The notes beneath the pieces were generated by a model. The model made no database searches, was not told where the DNA came from, and saw only the letters and a list, made by a program, of their open reading frames with translations. A stretch of DNA of 64,000 nucleotides from Singulisphaera sp. GP187. Its GTDB lineage: Bacteria; Planctomycetota; Phycisphaerae; Phycisphaerales; SM1A02. Below are positions 8,949 through 17,624 of this stretch, one piece after another (within the stretch, counting starts at the first letter, position 1; each line of letters starts with the position of its first letter). A program made the position numbers and the translations under genes. The stretch spans positions 70,868 to 134,867 of the forward strand of contig CAMBMO010000004.1 in assembly GCA_945868805.1 (NCBI GenBank). The letters are read 5' to 3'.

Positions 8949-10238
8949 TCAGAGGCCGGGAATGCCCGAACCTGGCCCAAATCCGCCGCCTCCACCCTTG
9001 TTACCACCGCCTGCTGGTGGCGGTGATGTCGACTTGTTCAATCCCCGAATGCGCTCCTGAAGTCGGAGCAGTTCCGTTTCGAGCTCCAGCTTCGACACCC
9101 CAAAATCTTGATTGAGTTTGATCGCGACGGCTGGGTATTTCTTCATCGCGGCGAGAACCTTGTCCAACAATCCCTTTGCCTTTGATAGGTTTTTCTTCTC
9201 ATCTTTCCCTTGCGCGTCCGCGAGCGCTTCGCCGTAAAGCGGGTATGCCTTTTTGCAATCTTCAAGTGATTTTCGCCACCCTTCGATGTACTTCAGCACA
9301 AGCGCTTCGCCGTCGTCGGGCATCCGCTCGAAGGTTCGAAATCCGCGCTGAAACATGAGGTCCTCAATCATGGTCGCTTCGTCATCGGAGACGATGCCAT
9401 CTGAGAGTCCAAGCTCTTCTGCCATCTCGGCATTGAAGTTCGCCCGAATATTCTTGTCATCGCCATCAACGACCCAAGTTCCCTTGTCGTCTTCGGCCCA
9501 AACGATCTTGCGACCGTCGAAACTCGCGCTCAGCATTTTCTCTGGGCGCATCATCGCCAATCCGATCGACGGGTTGTAACCCCCCGAGACCAAGAATCCA
9601 TTACAGATTCCCACGAAGGCCTCACGGAACTTCCTGCGCACTTCCGGATCTTCGACTTGAGTTCTTTCTTGAATGCGACTCAGCCCCATCAGACGCGCAG
9701 ATTCCGTCATGTACATGTTTGGCCACGACAACCCGAGCAATGCGCCATAGCCAACCGCGTCACGAACAATCATGATCGGTTCGGCTCCGACCTTCTCGAT
9801 GACTTCTTTCAAATCGCGGGTCATCTTGCGGGTCGAGTCGTCGTCAAAGATTCCGAAATTTCGCGGGTCGTCCCCGAGGTACCGGACACTGTCCACATCG
9901 GCCGAATTGAGGACGAAGACGACGACATCCGGTCGCTTCGCTTCGATGTCTTTCGCGACATCGACATAGACCATCGGATGGATGTCGAGACCGAACTGAC
10001 CCTTTCCTTTGATTCCCATCGGCACGACATAGACCGACTTGGGCTTTTCTTCAGCGACCGCTGAATGCGCCTCGACCGGACCACCTGCGCCTGGAGCGGA
10101 GTCCTTCGCGGTTGGTTTCGCTACCTTCCTTGGCGCAGTGGCAGCCGGAGTCGCGGGCCTCGACTGCGCAAGCGCACTTCCCGCACAGAGAGCCACCGAT
10201 GTCAGCGCAATAATCCAAGACTTGTTGACGGTAACCAT
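8949..10238 (-). CDS. Exported NfeD-like ClpP-fold paralog lacking the nucleophile Ser
   Basis: The ORF extends to 10313, but the Met at 10238 gives a clean signal peptide (MVTVNKSWIIALTSVALCAGSALAQ). The architecture matches 7791-8915, yet the AISGGAF position reads AVGYGAL. The C-terminal tail is Gly-rich. Confidence 0.5.
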   Translation of the reverse strand: MVTVNKSWIIALTSVALCAGSALAQSRPATPAATAPRKVAKPTAKDSAPGAGGPVEAHSAVAEEKPKSVYVVPMGIKGKGQFGLDIHPMVYVDVAKDIEAKRPDVVVFVLNSADVDSVRYLGDDPRNFGIFDDDSTRKMTRDLKEVIEKVGAEPIMIVRDAVGYGALLGLSWPNMYMTESARLMGLSRIQERTQVEDPEVRRKFREAFVGICNGFLVSGGYNPSIGLAMMRPEKMLSASFDGRKIVWAEDDKGTWVVDGDDKNIRANFNAEMAEELGLSDGIVSDDEATMIEDLMFQRGFRTFERMPDDGEALVLKYIEGWRKSLEDCKKAYPLYGEALADAQGKDEKKNLSKAKGLLDKVLAAMKKYPAVAIKLNQDFGVSKLELETELLRLQERIRGLNKSTSPPPAGGGNKGGGGGFGPGSGIPGL

Positions 10239-10300
10239 AGACTTGAGATCATAGCCTCGAGTCAGACGCAATCGCCAATGAAGTCGACCAAGAAACCGCC

Positions 10301-11566
10301 TCATGGGGTCCAAAGCGTGCGAGCTTCGACGACCGCCTGCTCGTTCGAGGTGACATGCCCTTCCAATTGACGGTCGTAGATCTGCTCCAAGATCGCCTTG
10401 AACTTCGGGCCGGGAGCATGCCCGAGTGCGATTAAATCCACTCCCGTGAGGAATGGCATCGGAGCGAGCCCGCCAGGCTCCAAGGCAAGCCCGTCAACCT
10501 CCAACCGAATTTCATGCACACGCCTGGCATCGATTCCGAAGAGCACACTCAGCGCAGAGTTGAAGTCCATGCGGGCGGCGAGTCTCTTTTTCTGCGCCGT
10601 CGACAGACCCTCCCAACTCCCTTCCAAGGTGGCAATGATGTCGAGGATCTCCCCGCACTGCTTCCACTCAGAACCAGACGTATTGAGTGTCGATCTCCAC
10701 TCCCCGGGCTTTACGGAATCCGCTCTTCCCCTGCGGTCGAGCCACCACGCAGCCAAGACAGTTCCAAACGACGCCTCATCCGGGATTCTCTCAACCCGTT
10801 CACAAGGTCCAGTCGAATTCGACTCACCTAGGGCTGGAGCATCGAGTCCCCATTTTTCGATGAGTTGCACCGCACGCGCACGGGTTCGATGGGAGAACAT
10901 TCTTCGAAACTCACCTCCAATGCGTTCTCGGCTCACGCCGACCAAGTCGCGCGCCGCGTCGCAGATTGCATGCTCGGTCTCTGGATCGACGGTGAGTTCG
11001 AACCGCGCGACAAATCGAACTGCTCGGAGCGTTCGAAGTCGATCTTCGCGAAGTCGCGCGACAGGATCCCCGATCGCGCGCAACACACGCTTGGCAAGAT
11101 CTTCCTGTCCCTTGACGAAGTCGACGATTTCTCCTGTCGTGGGATGTCGAAAGAGTCCGTTGATCGTGAAGTCGCGACGATGTGCGTCTTCTTCAGCAGT
11201 GGTAAAGCGGATGTCGCTCGGTCGACGACCATCGTGATAGACACCATCGGCACGAAAGGTCGCAACCTCGACGACTCGGTCCTTCCACCGAACCAGCATG
11301 ACTCCAAACGATTCGCCAACACCGCGAGCACCACGAAAGATCTTGGCGATTTCGTCCGGAGTCGCGTCGGTTGCGATATCGAAGTCGGTCGGCGCAAGTC
11401 CCAAGATCTCGTCGCGAACGCATCCCCCCGCGAAGTACGCAATGAATCCCTGATCGATGATTGCCGACGCAACCGCGACCGCCGCCGCTCGCGCGCCAAA
11501 GTTGCGTGGATGCTCGACTGATTCCCTCGAACCCCCGCGAGTTGATGGGCTTTCAGGCTCGCTCAT
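10301..11566 (-). CDS. cca: tRNA nucleotidyltransferase (CCA-adding) / poly(A) polymerase family protein
   Basis: GGCVRDEILGLAPTDFDIAT (nucleotidyltransferase head) and RRDFTINGL motifs are present. The CCA assignment over PcnB is an inference, supported by all four tRNA genes in the window lacking an encoded CCA. Confidence 0.7.
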   Translation of the reverse strand: MSEPESPSTRGGSRESVEHPRNFGARAAAVAVASAIIDQGFIAYFAGGCVRDEILGLAPTDFDIATDATPDEIAKIFRGARGVGESFGVMLVRWKDRVVEVATFRADGVYHDGRRPSDIRFTTAEEDAHRRDFTINGLFRHPTTGEIVDFVKGQEDLAKRVLRAIGDPVARLREDRLRTLRAVRFVARFELTVDPETEHAICDAARDLVGVSRERIGGEFRRMFSHRTRARAVQLIEKWGLDAPALGESNSTGPCERVERIPDEASFGTVLAAWWLDRRGRADSVKPGEWRSTLNTSGSEWKQCGEILDIIATLEGSWEGLSTAQKKRLAARMDFNSALSVLFGIDARRVHEIRLEVDGLALEPGGLAPMPFLTGVDLIALGHAPGPKFKAILEQIYDRQLEGHVTSNEQAVVEARTLWTP

Positions 11567-12299
11567 CTGCCACTCCTTGCGCCGGGTACTTCCCTCCGGA
11601 ACGTGCGCGCAATCGCGCGCGACATTCTCGCATCAGCGCGATCACTCGGGCGCGGAGTTCCTTCAATCCCAGCTCCGGATCGGCCAAGAGCCCCGAGCAT
11701 TCACTTGGAGAAATGGGCGCACCGATCGACGCCCAAATTCGTCCGCTCCAGAACGGGAGTTTTCGACTCGATGGCCAGACATCGAAGGCGCCATCGATAC
11801 CCATTGGGACGATCGGCGCACCCGACTTTCGCGCGAGCAATTCGACCCCCCGGCGAAAATCCTTCACCGAACCGTCGGGCGAACGAGAACCTTCGGGGTA
11901 GACCATGATCGTTCGACCTGCGGCGAGCTCTTCGAGCGCCGATCGCACAGCGTCTCGGTTGCCGCCGTCCGATCGAACGGGGATGCAGTTCAACGCGCGT
12001 AGCACAGCTGCGCAGAGCGGATTGCGGAAGAGTTCCTGCTTGGCCATCGGACGCGGAGCGCGATCACCAACGGCGAGCCCGTGAATCATCGGATCCAAGA
12101 ACGACTGATGATTGGCGATGAAAATCACGGGGCCGTTTCGCGGAACATGATGCGCACCTTCGACTCGGAATCGATACCCCCAGGACAAGGCGCTTTGACA
12201 GACTTGCGAGCAGGCATCCCAGAAGGCGGTCTTCACGAAGCCCGCTCCCGGCGCCCGGCGCCGGTGGGCAAGTGAGTTTCTCACGCACATCCCCCGCAC
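11553..12299 (-). CDS. plsC: 1-acyl-sn-glycerol-3-phosphate acyltransferase
   Basis: The acyltransferase motifs NHQSFLDP (HX4D) and VYPEGSRSPDG are present. Confidence 0.8.
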   Translation of the reverse strand: MRGMCVRNSLAHRRRAPGAGFVKTAFWDACSQVCQSALSWGYRFRVEGAHHVPRNGPVIFIANHQSFLDPMIHGLAVGDRAPRPMAKQELFRNPLCAAVLRALNCIPVRSDGGNRDAVRSALEELAAGRTIMVYPEGSRSPDGSVKDFRRGVELLARKSGAPIVPMGIDGAFDVWPSSRKLPFWSGRIWASIGAPISPSECSGLLADPELGLKELRARVIALMRECRARLRARSGGKYPAQGVADERA

Positions 12300-12988
12300 C
12301 GGATGTTTGATTCATTGAGTCTCGCACGAACGAGTCGCTCAAGCTCTGTCACGACCGACTCGAACGTCATGTCGCTCGTATCGATCTCCGCCGCTCCCGT
12401 TGGACACTGAAGCGGTCCCTCCGCGCGACCACGATCCGACGAGTCGCGCTCGATGATCTCAGCGAGTACGCGTTCCTCATCGACTTGCTCCCCGCGCGCC
12501 CGCAGTTCTTCTGTTCTTCGACTAGCGCGTACCTGCGGTCGAGCGTCGAGCCAGACACGAACGGTCGCATCTGGGAAAACAACGCTTCCTTGGTCGCGAC
12601 CCTCAGTCACCAAACGATCGTGCTGGAGTGCGACCTGTCGCTGCGCCCGGACCAGTCGATCGCGGACCTCGTGGTGCGATGCGATCAGCGAGACGATTCC
12701 AGTGACATCGGCGTCTCGGATGCGGTGGTGCACATCTCGTTCGCCGAGGCGAATCACTGGCGGTCTGCTCGAAAAGTCGACATCGAGAGTTGTGCGATCC
12801 ATCGCGATCGCCAAACGCGCTTCGTCGTGCGGATCGATCTTGGACTCGATCGCAAGCAACGCGACAGCTCGATACATGGCACCCGTGTCGAGCATGTCAA
12901 AGCCGAGCCGATCGGCGAGCATCAACGCCGCAGACGACTTGCCTGTTCCAGCTGGACCGTCGATCGTAATAATGATGGGAGAGCTCAT
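12281..12988 (-). CDS. cmk: Cytidylate kinase
   Basis: IITIDGPAGTGKSSAALMLADRLGFDMLDTGAMYRA is diagnostic. The Met at 12988 directly abuts the stop of the upstream gene; the ORF itself extends to 13075. Confidence 0.9.
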   Translation of the reverse strand: MSSPIIITIDGPAGTGKSSAALMLADRLGFDMLDTGAMYRAVALLAIESKIDPHDEARLAIAMDRTTLDVDFSSRPPVIRLGERDVHHRIRDADVTGIVSLIASHHEVRDRLVRAQRQVALQHDRLVTEGRDQGSVVFPDATVRVWLDARPQVRASRRTEELRARGEQVDEERVLAEIIERDSSDRGRAEGPLQCPTGAAEIDTSDMTFESVVTELERLVRARLNESNIRCGGCA

Positions 12989-13869
12989 ACGACGGAATCC
13001 TCTCGATCCATCAACAGAAGCAGCTGCTCTCGCGCCTTCTGGACTCCTTGGACCCAGTTCGTCGTTCCGCACCAATCGATCGAAAACTTATTCAGGTACC
13101 CGAGATTCAAAAGCGAAGAGACATACTCGTCGAAATTCCACCCCGACGTTGACCCTTGCTTCGTCGACCCAGCGAACGACACTTCAATCGCCGCGGAATA
13201 GGGTGCCAGCTTTCGCAAGGTCTGAATGCCCCCGCCCGTCGCGTGAGCATTCGCAAAACTGGGCATGGCGCTAATGTGAAAACCACCAATTCGCTTGACG
13301 AGCTCCATCAGCAATTCAGGCGTATCAACCGGCTTGACCGAGGGCCGAATGAGCAGATTTACTTCGTATCGCTGGACCGCCTCGAGTGCGCGTTTCATCG
13401 AACTAGCAACGGTTACAACCGACTCTGGTGGACAATTGACCCTGACGGCGAGCTCGCTACACCCAAGCATCTTCGCCGCGCGACTCAAATTCGTTAGTAC
13501 GAGCGTTGATCCCTCTACATTCCCATAAAAATCGAGAGGCTCGTCCTGGTAAAGGATCAGACACGGGCAGTGGACTCGATCCGCCTGGTCGCGCAGTTTC
13601 TCGAGCATCGACGATGATTGTCCGCGGATCATTTCCACGGGCAGGTTGAGTCCTCGCAATTCCAACTCTTCCGCTACGAATCGTGGCATATCCAAGAGTT
13701 CCAGCTTCACGCTCTTTCGTGGAAGTGGTTGAAGCAGGCATGAACCCGAGAGTGTTAGGAGGATCTGGTTGCTCATCAGTTCAATGTCGAACGCACGGAC
13801 TCGCGCGACGACAGATGAGGATAACAGCTTGTTATCATCCGACACCCTCAAAGGAGCCATGAATGCCAA
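12985..13869 (-). CDS. Xylose-isomerase-like TIM-barrel family protein (putative)
   Basis: There is only a weak pattern match to sugar-phosphate isomerase/epimerase barrels (LGCSELAVRV, YEVNLLIRP, LLNLGYLNKFSIDW). The start may be the Met at 13776 (MSNQILLTLSG), which would leave a divergent promoter region with gcvH. Confidence 0.4.
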   Translation of the reverse strand: MAFMAPLRVSDDNKLLSSSVVARVRAFDIELMSNQILLTLSGSCLLQPLPRKSVKLELLDMPRFVAEELELRGLNLPVEMIRGQSSSMLEKLRDQADRVHCPCLILYQDEPLDFYGNVEGSTLVLTNLSRAAKMLGCSELAVRVNCPPESVVTVASSMKRALEAVQRYEVNLLIRPSVKPVDTPELLMELVKRIGGFHISAMPSFANAHATGGGIQTLRKLAPYSAAIEVSFAGSTKQGSTSGWNFDEYVSSLLNLGYLNKFSIDWCGTTNWVQGVQKAREQLLLLMDREDSVV

Positions 13870-14246
13870 GTCCCTCGAATTGCAAGTTCACTGATTCGCA
13901 CGAATGGTTTCGGATCGAAGGGGATCTTGTGGTGGTCGGCATCACCCAGTTCGCCGCAAATGAGCTGACTGATGTCACCTATGTCCTGATGAAACCGGCC
14001 GGAACCACGGTCGGTGTCGGTGCGAGTTTGGGCGAGGTCGAAAGTGTCAAGACGACCAGCGATGTCTACAGCGTGCTCGCAGGCTCCATTGTTGAGGTGA
14101 ATCCAGCAGTGTCGAAGAACCCATCACTCGTCAATAGCGATCCCTTCGGTGAAGGCTGGCTCGTGAAATTTCGTTCCGACGATGCGGGGCGACTTGGTGG
14201 ACTGATGGACGCCGCCACATATGACGCCAAGCACCCTGTCGGTTGA
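13863..14246 (+). CDS. gcvH: Glycine cleavage system H protein
   Basis: FTDSHEWFRIEGDLVVVGITQFAANEL and the lipoyl-Lys motif EVESVKT are present. An AAAGGAG Shine-Dalgarno sequence lies 7 nt upstream. Confidence 0.9.
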   Translation: MPSPSNCKFTDSHEWFRIEGDLVVVGITQFAANELTDVTYVLMKPAGTTVGVGASLGEVESVKTTSDVYSVLAGSIVEVNPAVSKNPSLVNSDPFGEGWLVKFRSDDAGRLGGLMDAATYDAKHPVG

Positions 14247-15000
14247 ATCCACGATCTCGGTTCGGAGAGTCCGAAAGACCTATTCGAGCGCCGCTGCAAG
14301 AGGTGATTCGCGCCCAGTCGAAGCACTCCGCGGAGTCGACCTTGAGATTCAGGAGTCGGGCTTTTACGCCGTCATGGGGCGATCTGGGAGTGGCAAGAGC
14401 ACTCTCTTGCATCTGCTGGCGGGGCTCGATCGTCCAGACTCGGGGGAACTCCATGTCGGCGCAGAAGCAGTTCACGAGATGAGCGAATCTCGACTCGTTC
14501 GATATCGAAGGCGGGTAATCGGAGTGGTCTTTCAACAATTCAACCTGTTGCCAACGCTTGACGCACTTGCAAACACCATTCTTCCTGGCGTACTCGACGG
14601 TCGACCAACGAAAGAAAACGAGGCACGCGGGCGCCAAGTGCTCGACGAACTCGGGATGGGCGATCGGCTTCACCACCGACCGGAGGCACTCTCTGGAGGC
14701 GAACAACAGCGCGTCGCAATTGCACGTGCGCTCTTCTTCGCTCCCCCCGTCATCCTTGCCGACGAACCCACCGGGAATCTCGATTCGGCGACGAGCATGG
14801 TGTTGTGGCGTCTGCTGGAGGCGACGGCGGCAAAGCGCAAGATGATCGTGCTCATGGTGACCCACGAGAGCATCGCCGCCTCGCATTGCCGAAAAACATT
14901 CGTCTTGAAAGACGGTCGCGTTGCAGGAGAAGTTGAAAGTCATGGACTCGATCCCACCCAGTTGGCACATCGCGCGTCTGAGCTTGCTCGGACGAGCTAA
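14221..15000 (+). CDS. ABC transporter ATP-binding protein (MacB/LolD-type)
   Basis: GRSGSGKSTLLHLLAGLD, LSGGEQQRVAIARAL and ILADEPTGNLD are present. Confidence 0.9.
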   Translation: MTPSTLSVESTISVRRVRKTYSSAAARGDSRPVEALRGVDLEIQESGFYAVMGRSGSGKSTLLHLLAGLDRPDSGELHVGAEAVHEMSESRLVRYRRRVIGVVFQQFNLLPTLDALANTILPGVLDGRPTKENEARGRQVLDELGMGDRLHHRPEALSGGEQQRVAIARALFFAPPVILADEPTGNLDSATSMVLWRLLEATAAKRKMIVLMVTHESIAASHCRKTFVLKDGRVAGEVESHGLDPTQLAHRASELARTS

Positions 15001-17542
15001 CCGAACGATTCTCGTCGGAGTTTCCGTCGCGCTCGCATCGACGATCGTTGTGACTGTCAGCTGTGCACTGACGACCGCGCTCGCCAATATTGAGATGCGG
15101 ATCGGCGCGTTGATCGGCGAGGCGGATGCGCGCGTCGTCCATCGGCACGGTGCGGAATTCGACGCGTCCACTGTCGAACTCGTCCAGTCATTTCCGGATG
15201 TTGTCGCGGCTGCTGGAAGACTCAGCGGCGCGATCTCGGTTCGGCGAACCGATGGATCGCAGGGACTGGACGGCAGAGAGTTGCGTACGACCCTGCACTG
15301 CCGAGGAACTGATCTTTCCCAAGATCGTGCGTTCGATCAATTCGAGTATCGCATCGGACGGGCTCCCGAGTCCGAAGATGAGATTGGAATCGACCAGCTC
15401 GCGGCTGACCTCTTGGACGCCCGGATAGGGACGAAGTTGTCCATCGTGCACTTTGGAGATCCGATCGAGCTGTCGGTCACGGGAATCCGCGATCGCCCGA
15501 AGCTCGGAGCGCTTCAGCGACCAACTGCGCACCTTTCGCGACGAATCCTTGCCTCCGCGGCCAGCCGCGACAGCGACATCGCGATCGTGTCGATCGTCCT
15601 GAGAAAGGGAGTCAATACAGACGCATGGGTGAAGGAGAATGCCTCGCGAATCGATCCGCCCTTGCAACTCGAAAGCATGGAGTTAGCCACGAGCGGACTC
15701 GATCGACCGGAGCGCGGGGGTCAAGTCGCACTCGCAATCGCAACGATGCTCGCATTCCTTTGCTGCTCGTTCATCGTCGCAACCGCGATGACCACGGCGC
15801 TTGGCGAGCAACAACGATCGTTCGCGATGGCGCGGTGCGTCGGAGCATCTCGTGGGCAACTCTTCTTTGGACAGCTTCTCGCTGGAGCGACACTCTGCTT
15901 GACCGCCGGCCTGATCGGAGTGCCGCTTGGGCTCATGACAGCGACGATCGCGATCGAGTCGTACCGCGAGCACCTTCCCGCTGGGCTCTCAGTTTCGTGG
16001 ACTGGAATCATCCTTGCCGTCGTCGGGTCAACGGTTGCGGGAATCGCTGGCGCACTGTGGCCCGCTTGGAGAGCATCGAGTGTCTCGGTCCTTCGGGCTC
16101 TTGGACCGCAGGCGAGCGCGACGAAGTCTTCCGGGATCTGGATCGCGGCATCATGTGGGATTGCATGCATCGCGATTCAACTCGCGCTCACGACGATCGC
16201 TGATGAGAATTCCAGTTTCTGGGCGTACATCCTGATTGGACTGCCACTCTTGCATATCGGCTGGTTCCTGCTGTCCGTGCCCACACTTTGGACTATCGGC
16301 GCGATCTCAGCGCGATCGATCGCCTTGCTCGTACGGATTCCGCCGACATTGCTGAAAAGCTCGCTCGCCACGAATCCGTGGCGATTCGGTCTCATTGCGG
16401 GAGCGATGATGGTTGGAGTTTCGGTCCTCGTCAGCACTTGGACGAATGGCGGTGCGATCCTCTGCGACATCAGCGAACGCGTGCGGTTCGGCGATGCATT
16501 TGCGTTCAAGTCGACCGGATTTCGCGCGAGCGAAACCGATCGACTGCGAGTGATCCCAGGAATCACATCGGCGGCGGCAGTCGGATACCTGCCCGTCAAG
16601 GTCATTGGTGAGCAAATCCTTGGATTGAAGGGAATGTCGACTCCCAATGTCGTCTGTATCGGCTTTGACTCCGAGCCATTTCTCAAAATGAATCGGCTTG
16701 AATGGATCGAGGGAGATCCGGTGATCGCCGCGAGGCGACTGCGCGAAGGAGACGCGATTCTCGTCGCCGAGGAGTTTCGGATAGCTCGGCAGATCGGCCC
16801 TGGGTCGTGGATCGAGCTCGGAAGTGATTCAGATCATGCCTCGTTTGAAGTCGTCGGCGTCGTCGGAGCAGCAGGTCTCGATGTGGCGACCCAATTTTTT
16901 GGAATTGGGAGCATGTACATGGAGCACGCTGTCAGCTGTGTCTTCATGGACTTCGATGCAGTGTGGAAACACTTCGGAACTCGCGAAGCGTTTCTCGTTC
17001 AGCTAGCGATTCCCGAGAGCGCGACCTCGAGCGAGGAGGAACTCCTCGCAAGAGCTGTCGAAGATGCCGCGCCCGGAGCCGTGTTTGCGAGCGGACGAGC
17101 GATCCGCACGGAGATTCTCCGAATTGGATCCATCATGCTGACTATCAGCACATTTGTCGCGCTCGGGGCGCTGTTCTTGGCATCGCTTGCAGCGGGTGGA
17201 GTGATCGCCGCAGGGGTCGCAACTCGATCATTCGAACTGGGAGTCTTGCAAGCCGTGGGCGCCAGTCGCGGCGTTGTGATCCGACTGATCCTCGCAGAGT
17301 CTTTGCTGATTGGCCTGACGGCAGCAATCATCGGAAGCGTTTTCGGAATTCAACTGGCATGGATGGGAACGCGTTGCTACCGAGACCTCGCAGGGCTTGA
17401 ACTGGCACTCGATGTTCCGCTCGATGTTGTCCTGGGAGGAGGCGTGGCAGTCTGCTTCGCGGCGATCTGCTCCGCACTCCCCGCTGCCCGAATTCTTACT
17501 CGAAAATCTCCGCGGGAACTTCTCGGCGGATCCAAGGGGTAG
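14942..17542 (+). CDS. ABC transporter permease with two FtsX-type modules
   Basis: The protein is large, with two repeats of the FtsX signature (RCVGASRGQLFFGQLLAGATL and LQAVGASRGVVIRLILAESLLIG) and long extracytoplasmic loops. The start is either 14921 or 14942, and both overlap the ATPase gene. Confidence 0.8.
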   Translation: MDSIPPSWHIARLSLLGRANRTILVGVSVALASTIVVTVSCALTTALANIEMRIGALIGEADARVVHRHGAEFDASTVELVQSFPDVVAAAGRLSGAISVRRTDGSQGLDGRELRTTLHCRGTDLSQDRAFDQFEYRIGRAPESEDEIGIDQLAADLLDARIGTKLSIVHFGDPIELSVTGIRDRPKLGALQRPTAHLSRRILASAASRDSDIAIVSIVLRKGVNTDAWVKENASRIDPPLQLESMELATSGLDRPERGGQVALAIATMLAFLCCSFIVATAMTTALGEQQRSFAMARCVGASRGQLFFGQLLAGATLCLTAGLIGVPLGLMTATIAIESYREHLPAGLSVSWTGIILAVVGSTVAGIAGALWPAWRASSVSVLRALGPQASATKSSGIWIAASCGIACIAIQLALTTIADENSSFWAYILIGLPLLHIGWFLLSVPTLWTIGAISARSIALLVRIPPTLLKSSLATNPWRFGLIAGAMMVGVSVLVSTWTNGGAILCDISERVRFGDAFAFKSTGFRASETDRLRVIPGITSAAAVGYLPVKVIGEQILGLKGMSTPNVVCIGFDSEPFLKMNRLEWIEGDPVIAARRLREGDAILVAEEFRIARQIGPGSWIELGSDSDHASFEVVGVVGAAGLDVATQFFGIGSMYMEHAVSCVFMDFDAVWKHFGTREAFLVQLAIPESATSSEEELLARAVEDAAPGAVFASGRAIRTEILRIGSIMLTISTFVALGALFLASLAAGGVIAAGVATRSFELGVLQAVGASRGVVIRLILAESLLIGLTAAIIGSVFGIQLAWMGTRCYRDLAGLELALDVPLDVVLGGGVAVCFAAICSALPAARILTRKSPRELLGGSKG

Positions 17543-17624
17543 AGGCAAGGAGATATCGCGACCACCGCGACTCGCCCAATGATGCGAACTGTTAGGCTTC
17601 CAACAAGCGACGGGTGCGCGAGAC

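Noticed and set aside
14131-15171. 346-aa minus-strand ORF antisense to gcvH and the ABC ATPase
   Set aside because: It overlaps two confidently identified genes and has a low-complexity, Arg-rich translation.
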